This document shows positions 7,621-17,887 of a stretch of DNA of 62,465 nucleotides, one piece after another. The translations under genes and the position numbers were made by a program. The notes under the pieces were generated by a model that was not told the DNA's origin, ran no database searches, and saw nothing but the letters and a program-made list of their open reading frames with translations. This DNA comes from Candidatus Promineifilaceae bacterium (GTDB lineage Bacteria; Chloroflexota; Anaerolineae; Promineifilales; Promineifilaceae), in the NCBI GenBank assembly GCA_041745395.1, contig JBGTIZ010000183.1:1-62465 (forward strand). The letters run 5' to 3'. Within the stretch, counting starts at the first letter, position 1. Each line of letters begins with the position of its first letter.

Positions 7621-10600
7621 CTAGCTCTCCCCCACTTGGGGGATTCGCCCCACCACCACCTTATGCACCTGTCCATCATCCACCAGCGGAATAGAGGGAC
7701 TGGGTAACGGCACGCCATCCAAGCACACCCGCTGGAAATCCCCTGAGTTTTTCACCACAATGTGGTACGTCGCACGGCCGTGTCGATACCGCATCTCAAA
7801 CCCAGCCCAACTGGCAGGAATACACGGCTCTATCCGCAACGTCTCCCCCACCTTGCGCAAGCCCAAAATCCCCTCCACCCCCAGTCGCCACATCCAGCCC
7901 GCCGACCCCGTATACCACGTCCAGCCGCCCCGCCCCACATGCGGGGCTACCCCATACACATCGGCCGCCAGCACATATGGTTCTACTTTGTATTGGGCTA
8001 CCTCCACGGCCGTGTCCCCGTGGCTAATCGGGTTCAGCAGAGCAAACAAGCCGTGCGCCACATCCCCCTGCCCTAGCTCTGCAAACGCCCACGCCGTCCA
8101 CAGCGCGGCGTGGGTATACTGGCCGCCATTCTCCCGAATGCCCGGCAAATACCCCTTGATATAGCCGGGGTCGCGTGCTGTTTTATCAAACGGCGGCGTG
8201 AGCAATAGCACCAGCCGCTCCTGCTCTAGCACGAGGCGGTCATAGCTGGAAGCCATCGCCTGTTGCGCCCGTTGCGGGTCGGCCGCGCCCGAAAGCACCC
8301 CCCACGCTTGGGCCAGCCCATCAATCTGGCACTCCTGATTTTGGGCCGACCCCCACGCCACCCCCTCATCATCAAAAGCGCGGCGATACCCTTCCCCATC
8401 CCAGCCATGTTGCTCGATGGCCTTTTGGTAGGCCACCGCTTGCTGGCGATAGCCATCAGCACCGTCCGCTCCCACCCGCTCGCACAAATCCGCAAAATCG
8501 TTCAGCGTTTTGTAGAGGAACCAGCCCAGCCACACGCTTTCCCCGCGCCCTTCAATGCCTATCCGATTCATGCCGTCGTTCCAGTCGCCGCCGCCCATTA
8601 GCGGTAGGCCGTGTTGCCCCGTCGTAGACCCCTTCTGCAAGGCGCGGCGGCAATGCTCGAAGAGGCTATATTGTTCACTACCCGTCTCGTAGGCTCCATA
8701 CCGCTCTTCTTCCCCCTTAGCTAGCGGTGCGCCCAGCAAGAAGGGGATTTCCTCGGCCAAAATCGTCTCGTCCCCTGTGCTGACCACATAGGCGGCCGTC
8801 ACATAGGGCAACCACAGCAAATCGTCGCTGATGCGCGTGCGCACCCCGCGCCCCGAGGGGGGATGCCACCAGTGCAACACGTCGCCCGCGTCGAATTGGT
8901 GGTGGGCGGCGCGCAGAATGTGTGCCCGCGCCAAGTCGGGGCGGGTGTGGAACAGGGACAGCACATCTTGCAATTGGTCGCGGAAGCCATATGCCCCGCT
9001 AGACTGGTAGAGCGCGGAACGCCCCCATATCCGGCACGCCACGTTTTGGTACAACAGCCAGCGGTTGAGCATCACATTCATAGCGGGGTCGGGCGTGTTC
9101 ACCTTAACTGCTCCGAGCAGGTCATCCCACAGGGTTTGCACGTCGTTCCACACGGCCGTGCAACTCCCCTCCTGCTGGAACTCCTCAATCACCGCCAACG
9201 CTTCCTCTTGATTCGCGCCCTGCCCCAGTAGAAAATAAACTTCTTCACTGCCGCCCGGCGGCAAATCGAAATGCACTTGCAAAACGGCACAGCTATCCGT
9301 GCCCGCCGCCACCTGATTATTCAGGCCGATGCGCCCCAGCGCGGCCGGCTGGCGCAAATCTCCCAAGCGGCCGATAAACTCCGCCCTATCGGCCGTGAAA
9401 CTGTGCGGCTCTTTCGAGGCGGCCACAAAGGCCACCCGCTCCCCAAATTCCGTGTTGTACGGGTTACGCGCCAGCAGGGCATACTGCTCTCGCTCATAAC
9501 TGGGGATGAGATAGGGTTGGGTCGTGCCTCGGCTCGTGCCCAGCACCCATTCGGCATAGAGGGTGAGGGTGAGGGTGAGGCGACGCGGCCGTGTCGACTT
9601 ATTTTCCAAGCGCACCTGCATCATTTTGACGGGTGACTCGGGCGCGACAAACAGCCGCGTCTGCTGTTGCAGGCCGTGGCTGTGATGCTCAAAAATGGTG
9701 TAGCCTGCCCCGTGGCGCACCAAATAAGGCGCGTCAGCCGGGGCGGGTTGGGGGGTGGGCGACCAGATTTCGGCCGTTTCTTCATCGCGCAGGTAAAGCG
9801 CTTCGCTGGGAACGTCGCTGACAGGGTCGTTGCGCCATGATGTCAGCCGATTTTCGCCACTATTCACCGCCCACGTAAACCCGCCGCCCGTCTCGGAAAC
9901 GATAAAGCCCACTTCTTCGTTGGCAATCACATTGATCCACGGCGCGGGAGTGCTTTCTCTGGGCCGCAAGTAGATTTGGTACTCCTTGCCATCGGCGCTG
10001 AACCCGCCGAGGCCGTTGTCGAATTGCCAATCCGTCGGCCGTGGCAACCCGTCCTTCTGTCCCTCGTCCCTTTCGCCCCCGTCCCCTGTCGCCACAAAGG
10101 CGGGCAACGGCGTGGGCTGGGCTAAGAAATTGCCCAACTGCTCGCCAATCGTGCCCCCTGAGCCATCCAATACCACCCGCGCCGTCGTTTGGAGCAGGAT
10201 GCGGTCGGCCAGCCCCATTTGGTCTTCGCGCAAGACAAACAAGCCGCCCCGCCGATTGAGCCAGCTTTCGCTGTGGGTGCGGTGGATGAGGTGGTAGATG
10301 AACCCTTGCACCTCTTGGCCGTAATTTGATTCTTGCTGATTGAGAATGACCAAATCAATTTGCAAATCGCGCCGCCGCCAATAGGTGTGGGCGCGGAGCA
10401 GGTCTAGCAACAGTTCGCCATCTTCTTCGCGGTGCAATTTCACCAGCAAGATGGGGTAATCGCCCGAAATGCCAAAGGCCCACAGCCCTGTTTGCCCCTT
10501 TGTGTTGCTGGCTAAGATGTCTGCGTCGGCACGGCCGACGGGGTGCGGGTAGAGCAAGAGCGACAAAATTCGTTGGATTTGCTCCAGTTGCGGGGTGGAT

Positions 10601-13600
10601 AGCTCCAGTCGGCGCAACTCTTGCTCGGCCAAACTGCGGGCACGCACAAAAGTGCGCTCCAGCATGAGCCATTGCTGATAGCGGCCGCCCCACGCCACTG
10701 CTTGGCGGCGCGATGGGGAAGCAATGGTAATAAAGGCCAAGCGCACGGCCGTGTGGGGAGCCAGCGTCAGATCTTGGCTGAGCGACATAATGGGGTCGAG
10801 CGTCGCCCCCGTGCTTTGGCTAAGGCCGTGCACAAGGGCGGCGGGTTGGCGAGGGGTGCGGTTGCGCCCCACAAAATTAGCGCGGTTGCTTTCATAGCCA
10901 GACCCTAAGGGTTTTGACCCACTAGTTGGGTCATTTGGCGCGTCTAAACCCTTAGGGTCTTCCAGCACCAACATGTGGAGCAAATAGAGCGGCTCCTCGT
11001 GGGCGGAGCGCGGCCGACGGCGGAAGAGCAGGCCATTTAGCTCGGGCAGGTATTCGCTTTCCACAAACAAATTGGCAAAGGCGGGGTGGCGGGCATCGGC
11101 CGCGCCTGACCCCAAAACGACTTCGGCGTAGCTGGTTAGGCGCAAGTGACGGGTTTCGCCGCTGTCATTGGTCAGGTTGATTTGGCGGACTTCCACGTCG
11201 TCTTCGGGGGCGATGACCACGCTCATTTGCAGGGCGATGTGCTGGTCGTAGCGGCGAAACTCGACCATGTGGGGGTGGAAAAGCAGTTCTTGGCTTTCAG
11301 GAGACACGGCCGTGGGTTGCATCCCGGCCGACCAAACTGCGCCGCTCTCTAAATCTTGCACATAGAGCCACTGCCCCCAATTGTCCAACGTCGTATCGGG
11401 CCGCCAGCGGGTCAGCATCGTCTCATCCCAACTGCTGTACCCACTGCCCGTATTGGTCAGCAAGGTGTGGAGGTGGCCATTGGAGAGAAAATGGACGAGC
11501 GGCATGGGGGTATCGGTGGGCACACCCCACGGATAGAAGGTGACGGCCGCTTTCCCCGTACCAGCGGGAGCATCCTCGGGCTGAGACGGCCGTTTGTCGG
11601 GCAGGACAATGGGGATTTGTTCTTGCAGGAGCAACTCGATGCTTTGGATGTGGGGGTCGGCGTGGAACCGCGCCACCATTGGCTCCCCTTCTAAATAGTT
11701 GACTAGTGAGAGTAAAATCATGCCCTGATGGTGAGCCATATAGGAGCGCACAATGGCCGCATCTTGCCCCAATTCCAGCCGGACGGGGGAAAAGTCGAGC
11801 GCTTCAAACAGCCCGTAGCGCCCCATCATGCCCAACTCGGTCAGGTGAGCCAAGTTTTGGCTGACCGCCTGCGGGGCAAAGGGCAAAGCCAGCACCGAAG
11901 CATAGGGGGTGATGACCAAATCATTGGCCAAGCCCCGCTTAAAGCCCAGCCCTGGCGCACCAAACGCCCGATATTGGTAATTTTGGTTCGTATCAAAGGC
12001 ATAAAAACCCGATTCGGAGATGCCCCACGGCACTTTGTGGCTCTGCCCGTAGGCAATTTGATGGTTGACGATGTGGTGATAGCTTTGGTTGAGGAGGGTT
12101 CCCTCGTAGTTCTGCATCAGCAGGGGCGGCATGAGGTACTCGAACATCGTGCCGCTCCACGAAAGCAGAGCCAGCCCTTCGTGCAGGTCGGCAAGGGGAC
12201 GACCGAGATGCAACCAATGGCTTTGCGGCACTTGGTCGTGGGCGATGGCCACTAGGCTGGCGATGCGGGATTCGGAGGCGAGCAGGTCGTAGAAGTTGGC
12301 ATCTAAACGGCCGTTGGTCAAGCTGTAGCCAATGTGGAAAATTTCCCGTTGGGCATGAAAGAGGAAGCAAAAATCCATCTCGGTGAGAAAGCGAGCGCAT
12401 TGCTGGGCTAAATCGGTGTAACTGAGCAGGAGCGGGGTAATGAGCATGCGCGTTTCTAGCAAGGCGGCGGCGAGTTGGGCACACCAGGCATGAGCCTCGC
12501 TGTCTGTGGTGGGGAGCAAGGCTTGCAGGTGGGCGAGGGCGGTTTGCCCCTCATGGCACAACGTTACGATTTCGTCGAGGCGAGGGGTGAGCGGCAAAGT
12601 GGCTTGCAGGGTTTGCCACGCCGCTTGTATTTCCGTTTGTCTTTCTGTGGAGAGGCGGGCTTGTTTCAAAGAGGCGGGTGGCTGGTTAAAGAGGAATGCC
12701 CACGGGAGCAAGCTGTTTAGCTCGCGCACCATGCCTTGCAAATGGGTGTGGATGCGGTCGGCATAGATGCGCCACGTGTGGATTTGGGTGGGGGTAATGA
12801 TGTCATCGGCCGTGACCAAGGCCATGAGGTGAGTAGCAAGGATGGGTTGCTCGGTTGCCAACAAATGGTGCAATAAGGCGACCCATTGCTCGGGCTGGTC
12901 TTGTACGGCCAGCACCTGTTTCCTCATCTGTCCTAAATGGTCGTGTAAGGGGGGAGCGGCTTGGTCGGCCGTCAATAGAGCCTCATCCAGCAACGCCAGC
13001 GCATCCAACAGCCCCTGCCACGTTGCCCAACGCCATGCGGCGTGCTGGGGCATGGACAGACACCCTTGTCGGAGAACGAGTAGACAGCCTGCCAAATTGC
13101 CACTATCTACTGTAGAAACGTAGCTAGGATTGAGGGCGGATAAATCGCGGGTATCTATCCAGTTGAGGAAATGGCCGCGATACCGCTCCATTTTGTCGAG
13201 GGTATTGAAGGTAGAGCGCAGGCTGAGAGTGAGGGAGAGGGGGCTGAGATAGCCCAAATCATACGCGCCCAAGGCGGAGAGGAGGTAGAGACCGATATTG
13301 GTGGGGGAGGTACGGTGGGCGATGACCCCGCGCGGCGATTCTTGGAAATGGTCGGGCGGCAACCAGTTGTCATCGGGGCCGACAAACTCCTCGAAGAAGA
13401 GCCACGTGCGCCGGGCAAGGGTGCGGAGCTTTTGCTGTTGGTCGGGCTGAAGGGGGATGACCTGCGAGCTGGCTGGCTGGCTAATCCGATAGGCAATAAG
13501 GGGGCCAATGGCCCACAGAAAGAGGAGGGGCAAGGCGATGGGCAAGGCGGTCGAGTTGAGCCAATAGACCAAGAGGGCGAGGACTATGCCAAATAAGCTG

Positions 13601-16185
13601 GAGGGCACGAGTTGCTGTGCTAGCGATTTTCCACTATTGTCGTGTCTTAATTCGACCGAGGCGGCGGTTTGCCACTGTAGCAAATTGCGCCGCGAGATGA
13701 GCAACCGCCATAAGGTGGTGAGAATGGCGGTCATGGTGAGGGCGCTTTCGTAGGGTAAAAAGGCGAGAAATAGCACCCAGCGCAGGGCGGCATCTCGCAC
13801 TGGCCGAGCCAGCTCCGTCCATGTGGCTCCGTCAAACAGGCGCCGCAGGGAGCTGAGGATAGTGGTGGCGAGGGGGATGGCGGCCGTGAACAGCCCTAGC
13901 AAGGTCCACACAAGGGGGGAACCGGGAAGCAGAACCCAGCCCGCCACAAAGAGCAAAAGGAGCCACGGGGCGAGCAAACTGCGCCGCAAATTGTCGGCTA
14001 TTTTCCACTGTCCAATGGGGGATAAATCGTTGCGAATGTAGCGTGGGGGAGGGGACACGGCCGTGGGTACCCACGGCATCAGCCACGGCAAGAGTTGCCA
14101 ATCCCCCCTCACCCAGCGTTGGGAGCGGCGCACGCTGGTGAAAAAGTGAGAAGGGTATTCTTCGTATAGCACAATGTCGCTGACAAGACCGGCACGGCCG
14201 AGAATCCCCTCGAACAAATCGTGGCTGAGGAGCGTATTTTTGGGGATGCGTCCCGCCAAACTGCGCTCGAACGCATCCACGTCGTAGATGCCTTTGCCGA
14301 CGTAACTCCCTTCGCCAAATAAATCCTGATACACATCGGAGACGGCCAAGGTGTATAAATCGAAGCCGCTATCGCCTGAAAAGAGGCGGGTGAAAAAGGA
14401 GCGATTGGCACTGGTGGGCTTGATTTGGGTGCGCGGTTGCAGAATGGTGTAGCCTGCAATGACTTTGTTCGTGTTGGGGTCGAATTGAGCGTGGTTGAGC
14501 GGATGCGCCAGCGTGCCAATCAGCCGCTTGGCTCCTGCGTGGGGCAAAATGGTGTCGGCGTCGAGGGTGATGATGTAGCGGATGTGGGGCAATATGGCTA
14601 AATCACCCACCTGAATGATATAGGTGGTGTCGCTGTGGCCGCGTAAAAGCTGGTTGAATTCATGTAATTTACCTCGCTTGCGTTCCGAACCCATCCACTT
14701 ATTTTCGCGGGCATTCCAGACGGAGGCGCGGTGGAAAAAGTAAAAGGGCTGGCTGGGGTAGCGTTGGTTGAGGCTCTTGATACCCGCTTGGGTTTGGGCC
14801 AGCAGGGGAGAATCGGCCGTGGGTTCGGTGTCGCTATCGGCTAAATCAGTCAGCAGAGCAAAAGAGAGATGGGGGTCGGGGTTGCGGAGGTAGTGTAGCT
14901 CTAACTGCTTGAGCAGGGAGTCTGCCTCGGCCGAGTTGGTTAGCAGGGTGGGGATGACGACCATCGTGCGGGCGGTGGCGGGGACGCCGCTTTCCAAAAA
15001 GTCTAGTTTGGGTAGGGCGCGGGGGGCGACGAGGTGGGTGATGAGCCAATTGACGCTGTTGACGGCGATGGAGAGGGCGGGGATGAGGGCGCAAAACAGG
15101 GCAGCCATGGTCAGCCAGCCATTGGCACCCTGCCACTGGGCATAGCCTGCCAAGAGCAAGAGGATGAGGAAAGCGAGGCCGTTGAGAGTGCCTAAATAGA
15201 GGGGAATGGCATAGGGAGCCATGTCCCGTTGCCATTTGCCCATCCCGTGCGGCTGATACCCTATTTCTTGTTCTAGTTGGGGTAGACCATCGGCTAGTAG
15301 GTAGTAGCCGACATGGTTGGCGGGGCTGGTTGGGGCGGTTTGGGCAAGGGACACGGCCGTGTGCGCGACCACTGCCTCATCTTGCTGGGTGGCGCGGGCG
15401 AGCCGCTCGATGACTTTGCGGTACTGGTCGCGGGTCTTAAAATCCATCTCCTTATAGACCCGAGCGGGGTCGTGGCGCAAAATTTGCTCCACATGGCTGA
15501 TACGCTCGAAAAAGGTGCGCCAATCTTCGGCCGCCAGCAGGCGCAAACTGGGAATGCAGTTGGCGACCACATCGGTATCGCTACAGGTGTGGTTGTATTG
15601 CAGGGCGGGCGGCAATGGCTCGGGTTCGAGATTGGCCAAACGGCCGACCGACTGCGCCAAGCTTCCCAATAAAACCAGCCGCAACATAATCGGCAAAGCC
15701 CATAACTCGCCCGTTGTCAGCGGGGTGACGGCCCGATAGGCCCATATAAATTCGTGAACAGACTCTAAATCGAGTTGGCAGGTTTCGGTGATTAAAAATT
15801 GGCGGGCCAGCTCGTAGACACGGGGATAATTTTGCAGGGGCGTGTCGGCCGTTAATTTGGGCAGGTCATGATAAAAGGCGGGGGATAAATCATCTTCCAC
15901 TTGGCGTTGGGTTTGCTGGACGATGTAAAAGTTGTCGAGTAACCATTCGGCGGCGTAGGAGAAGACGAGGGCCTCGGCCGTGGTGTTGCGCAGGGTAAGA
16001 TACCCTTCTTGGAGAAGTTTGGCTTGGGCTGGCAAGGCGTCCAGCAGGTGTTGGCCGCGCTGGTCATAGGCAATGGCCTGTTGGCTGGCCGCGAATTTGG
16101 GGCCAGCCCACACCAGCGGGCTAAAGACCTCGGATGAGGGCAAGGAAGGCTGGTGTGCCTCAGTGGGAATAGTTGCTGTTGGCAA
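7621..16185 (-). CDS. cgs: Cyclic beta-1,2-glucan synthase (Cgs/NdvB/ChvB type: membrane GT84 domain plus C-terminal GH94 phosphorylase domain)
   Basis: 2854 aa, the characteristic size. N-terminal TM helices are followed by the glycosyltransferase motifs IITLDADTILPHAG and QRWVRGDWQLLPW. The C-terminal GH94 signature is LPLMGGGDWNDGMNRIG...GESVWLGWFLY. The track's start is a TTG at 16185 that overlaps the usp stop by 26 nt, so the exact start is uncertain. Confidence 0.85.
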   Translation of the reverse strand: MPTATIPTEAHQPSLPSSEVFSPLVWAGPKFAASQQAIAYDQRGQHLLDALPAQAKLLQEGYLTLRNTTAEALVFSYAAEWLLDNFYIVQQTQRQVEDDLSPAFYHDLPKLTADTPLQNYPRVYELARQFLITETCQLDLESVHEFIWAYRAVTPLTTGELWALPIMLRLVLLGSLAQSVGRLANLEPEPLPPALQYNHTCSDTDVVANCIPSLRLLAAEDWRTFFERISHVEQILRHDPARVYKEMDFKTRDQYRKVIERLARATQQDEAVVAHTAVSLAQTAPTSPANHVGYYLLADGLPQLEQEIGYQPHGMGKWQRDMAPYAIPLYLGTLNGLAFLILLLLAGYAQWQGANGWLTMAALFCALIPALSIAVNSVNWLITHLVAPRALPKLDFLESGVPATARTMVVIPTLLTNSAEADSLLKQLELHYLRNPDPHLSFALLTDLADSDTEPTADSPLLAQTQAGIKSLNQRYPSQPFYFFHRASVWNARENKWMGSERKRGKLHEFNQLLRGHSDTTYIIQVGDLAILPHIRYIITLDADTILPHAGAKRLIGTLAHPLNHAQFDPNTNKVIAGYTILQPRTQIKPTSANRSFFTRLFSGDSGFDLYTLAVSDVYQDLFGEGSYVGKGIYDVDAFERSLAGRIPKNTLLSHDLFEGILGRAGLVSDIVLYEEYPSHFFTSVRRSQRWVRGDWQLLPWLMPWVPTAVSPPPRYIRNDLSPIGQWKIADNLRRSLLAPWLLLLFVAGWVLLPGSPLVWTLLGLFTAAIPLATTILSSLRRLFDGATWTELARPVRDAALRWVLFLAFLPYESALTMTAILTTLWRLLISRRNLLQWQTAASVELRHDNSGKSLAQQLVPSSLFGIVLALLVYWLNSTALPIALPLLFLWAIGPLIAYRISQPASSQVIPLQPDQQQKLRTLARRTWLFFEEFVGPDDNWLPPDHFQESPRGVIAHRTSPTNIGLYLLSALGAYDLGYLSPLSLTLSLRSTFNTLDKMERYRGHFLNWIDTRDLSALNPSYVSTVDSGNLAGCLLVLRQGCLSMPQHAAWRWATWQGLLDALALLDEALLTADQAAPPLHDHLGQMRKQVLAVQDQPEQWVALLHHLLATEQPILATHLMALVTADDIITPTQIHTWRIYADRIHTHLQGMVRELNSLLPWAFLFNQPPASLKQARLSTERQTEIQAAWQTLQATLPLTPRLDEIVTLCHEGQTALAHLQALLPTTDSEAHAWCAQLAAALLETRMLITPLLLSYTDLAQQCARFLTEMDFCFLFHAQREIFHIGYSLTNGRLDANFYDLLASESRIASLVAIAHDQVPQSHWLHLGRPLADLHEGLALLSWSGTMFEYLMPPLLMQNYEGTLLNQSYHHIVNHQIAYGQSHKVPWGISESGFYAFDTNQNYQYRAFGAPGLGFKRGLANDLVITPYASVLALPFAPQAVSQNLAHLTELGMMGRYGLFEALDFSPVRLELGQDAAIVRSYMAHHQGMILLSLVNYLEGEPMVARFHADPHIQSIELLLQEQIPIVLPDKRPSQPEDAPAGTGKAAVTFYPWGVPTDTPMPLVHFLSNGHLHTLLTNTGSGYSSWDETMLTRWRPDTTLDNWGQWLYVQDLESGAVWSAGMQPTAVSPESQELLFHPHMVEFRRYDQHIALQMSVVIAPEDDVEVRQINLTNDSGETRHLRLTSYAEVVLGSGAADARHPAFANLFVESEYLPELNGLLFRRRPRSAHEEPLYLLHMLVLEDPKGLDAPNDPTSGSKPLGSGYESNRANFVGRNRTPRQPAALVHGLSQSTGATLDPIMSLSQDLTLAPHTAVRLAFITIASPSRRQAVAWGGRYQQWLMLERTFVRARSLAEQELRRLELSTPQLEQIQRILSLLLYPHPVGRADADILASNTKGQTGLWAFGISGDYPILLVKLHREEDGELLLDLLRAHTYWRRRDLQIDLVILNQQESNYGQEVQGFIYHLIHRTHSESWLNRRGGLFVLREDQMGLADRILLQTTARVVLDGSGGTIGEQLGNFLAQPTPLPAFVATGDGGERDEGQKDGLPRPTDWQFDNGLGGFSADGKEYQIYLRPRESTPAPWINVIANEEVGFIVSETGGGFTWAVNSGENRLTSWRNDPVSDVPSEALYLRDEETAEIWSPTPQPAPADAPYLVRHGAGYTIFEHHSHGLQQQTRLFVAPESPVKMMQVRLENKSTRPRRLTLTLTLYAEWVLGTSRGTTQPYLIPSYEREQYALLARNPYNTEFGERVAFVAASKEPHSFTADRAEFIGRLGDLRQPAALGRIGLNNQVAAGTDSCAVLQVHFDLPPGGSEEVYFLLGQGANQEEALAVIEEFQQEGSCTAVWNDVQTLWDDLLGAVKVNTPDPAMNVMLNRWLLYQNVACRIWGRSALYQSSGAYGFRDQLQDVLSLFHTRPDLARAHILRAAHHQFDAGDVLHWWHPPSGRGVRTRISDDLLWLPYVTAAYVVSTGDETILAEEIPFLLGAPLAKGEEERYGAYETGSEQYSLFEHCRRALQKGSTTGQHGLPLMGGGDWNDGMNRIGIEGRGESVWLGWFLYKTLNDFADLCERVGADGADGYRQQAVAYQKAIEQHGWDGEGYRRAFDDEGVAWGSAQNQECQIDGLAQAWGVLSGAADPQRAQQAMASSYDRLVLEQERLVLLLTPPFDKTARDPGYIKGYLPGIRENGGQYTHAALWTAWAFAELGQGDVAHGLFALLNPISHGDTAVEVAQYKVEPYVLAADVYGVAPHVGRGGWTWYTGSAGWMWRLGVEGILGLRKVGETLRIEPCIPASWAGFEMRYRHGRATYHIVVKNSGDFQRVCLDGVPLPSPSIPLVDDGQVHKVVVGRIPQVGES

Positions 16186-17131
16186 AGTCTTGCTCTCTTA
16201 TCCCTGCATTGGCCGACAGAACACCCATGTTGTTGGTCGCGAGCGGCCGCAGTTTAAGGGATGGCAAATCTTGAATAATGAGCAAGGGAATGTGCCCATA
16301 GGTGATAAAGTTGGTGGTGACGTTGCCATACGGTCGGGCATTACTCCCCGAATGGCCGTGGGCGCTGAGGAGTAATAAATCCCCCTGCTCTTGTTTGACA
16401 ATATCGTGCAAGGCGGCAATGACGCTGTCGCTAACTTGCAAACGGATTTGGGTATCGAGTGGTAGGCGTTTTTGGAGTTGTTCTAGGTAGCTGGTGGCGG
16501 CCTCTAAATTGTGCTGGGTGAGTTGCTCGCTAATAGCGTGGTCCTCGGCCGTGAGAGTGTGCGGCTGGGTTATTTCGGGGCGGGCGACGACATGCACCAA
16601 GAGCAGTTGGGCGTCTTGGGTTTGGGCAAGGCGCATACCGATGGGCAAAACGCTTTCAGCGCGTAAGGAGCCATCGAGGGGGACGATAACACGGCCGTGG
16701 TGCAGGTCAGTTAGCGGGTTGGCCGTGGGCCACTCCGCCCGTACCAGCAGAACCGATTTGCGGATTTGCCAGATGACTTTTTGAGCCACCCCGCTGTGGC
16801 TGTGGTTACTTAGGACGACCAAATCTACATCATTGTCATGCGCATACGCGACGACGCGCTCGGCCGCTGAGCCTTCCAACAACACGTTCGTAATGGACAA
16901 ATGGGTTTGTTCCCAATCGCGGCTTACTTGCCCCATGTAAGATTGGGCTTCGACTTTGCGCAAATACCAATTGAGAGGGTCTACCTGAGGCTTGCAATCA
17001 GTAGGATCCTCCTCCACGACATGCACAAAGAAGAGTTGTGCCCCCATAGCCTCGGCAATGGCTTTGGTATAAGGCAAGACGCACTCGGACAGGGTTGAGC
17101 CTTCTAAGGGGACGAGAATTCGGTCTAGCAT
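16160..17131 (-). CDS. Tandem universal stress protein (two UspA domains)
   Basis: Two repeats of the Usp pattern: ILVPLEGS...FFVHVVEE...DLVVLSNHSHSG and VIVPLDGS...LLLVHVV...DLLLLSAHGHSGS...GNVTTNFITYGHIPLLII. Confidence 0.85.
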   Translation of the reverse strand: MLDRILVPLEGSTLSECVLPYTKAIAEAMGAQLFFVHVVEEDPTDCKPQVDPLNWYLRKVEAQSYMGQVSRDWEQTHLSITNVLLEGSAAERVVAYAHDNDVDLVVLSNHSHSGVAQKVIWQIRKSVLLVRAEWPTANPLTDLHHGRVIVPLDGSLRAESVLPIGMRLAQTQDAQLLLVHVVARPEITQPHTLTAEDHAISEQLTQHNLEAATSYLEQLQKRLPLDTQIRLQVSDSVIAALHDIVKQEQGDLLLLSAHGHSGSNARPYGNVTTNFITYGHIPLLIIQDLPSLKLRPLATNNMGVLSANAGIREQDFANSNYSH

Positions 17132-17192
17132 AGGAATACTCCTTGGGCAAAGCGAAACCTAGCCAGTCTGGTAAGGCGAGCTAGGTGCTGGT

Positions 17193-17226
17193 TAGACCTC
17201 GCAGGGCATTAACCCTGCGAGGTCTA
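17193..17226 (-). terminator. Perfect 14-bp hairpin after the Lys-rich gene (possible terminator, no U tract)
   Basis: TAGACCTCGCAGGG (17193-17206), loop CATTAA, CCCTGCGAGGTCTA (17213-17226). It lies between the stop of 17270..17578 and the usp start. Confidence 0.35.
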
Positions 17227-17269
17227 GCGGGTAGGGTGAATCGACCAATACACGGGGATGGTCTTTGTC

Positions 17270-17578
17270 CTATTTCTTATCTTTTTTCTTGTCTCTCACG
17301 ACCTGTTGCTTCTCGTGGCCGGAATTGTCAGGCCTTGTTGTGTCATCTTTCTTGCCGTCTTGAGCTTTGGGAGAATTGGCAGGCTTTGTTTTATCGCCTT
17401 TCAGTTTGTCTTTATCTTTAGGGGAATTGGCAGACTTTCTTTTGTCGCCTTTCTTGCTGTCTTGATCTTGACTGGATTTGGCAGGCATTGTCTTATCTCC
17501 TTTTTTGCTAACTTGAGCTTTAGGTGAATTGGCAGGCTTTCTTTTATCGTCTTTCTTGCTGTCTTGATCTTTGGGCAT
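17270..17578 (-). CDS. Lys/Asp-rich intrinsically disordered small protein (102 aa) with internal repeats
   Basis: SD AGGAG lies 8 nt upstream. MPKDQDSKKDDKRKPANSPKAQ... carries the repeated unit KGDK(R/T)K(P/S)ANSPK. About 45-nt DNA units recur inside the gene. It has no hydrophobic core. Confidence 0.6.
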   Translation of the reverse strand: MPKDQDSKKDDKRKPANSPKAQVSKKGDKTMPAKSSQDQDSKKGDKRKSANSPKDKDKLKGDKTKPANSPKAQDGKKDDTTRPDNSGHEKQQVVRDKKKDKK

Positions 17579-17597
17579 AGTTTTTCTCCTACTACTT

Positions 17598-17629
17598 GAA
17601 GCCAGCGATGGCTGAAGCCAGCGATGGCT
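17598..17629. repeat. Perfect tandem duplication of a 16-mer in the spacer between the two Lys-rich genes
   Basis: GAAGCCAGCGATGGCT twice (17598-17613 and 17614-17629). Confidence 0.9.
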
Positions 17630-17630
17630 A

Positions 17631-17828
17631 TTAAAAATTGTTGTAAATTAGAGGTGAGCGTCCTGAAAAAAGTTTTGACGCAAAGCGGGGGGGGTACTTG
17701 ACCAATGTATTGGGATGATCTTTTTTACGCTTCTTCTCTTTTTTGTCCTGCTTCTTTTCCTTGGGGGTTTTAGCAGGCTTTGTTTTGTCGTCTTTCTTGT
17801 CTTTCTTGCTGTTTGGATCTTTGGACAT
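17631..17828 (-). CDS. Lys-rich small protein (65 aa), paralogous N-terminus to 17270..17578
   Basis: SD AGGAG upstream. MSKDPNSKKDKKDDKTKPAKTPKEKKQDKKEKKRKKD shares the M-[PS]-K-D-x-[DN]-S-K-K-D start with its neighbour. Confidence 0.55.
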   Translation of the reverse strand: MSKDPNSKKDKKDDKTKPAKTPKEKKQDKKEKKRKKDHPNTLVKYPPRFASKLFSGRSPLIYNNF

Positions 17829-17887
17829 GATGTTTCTCCTATGGTTTACATGGTCACTGTGGATGGGAAGTCATTAACCAAATACCG

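Noticed and set aside
7432-7718. ORFs 7432..7707 (+) and 7521..7718 (-), which span the YggT / cgs junction.
   Set aside because: They overlap the better-supported YggT 5-prime end and the cgs 3-prime end, and they have no motifs or ribosome-binding sites.
17258-17527. 89-aa plus-strand ORF (MVFVLFLIFFLVSHDLLLL...), antisense to the Lys-rich gene.
   Set aside because: It is the complement of an AAG/GAC-rich coding sequence, which automatically yields a Phe/Leu-rich frame. It has no SD, whereas the minus-strand ORF has a strong one.
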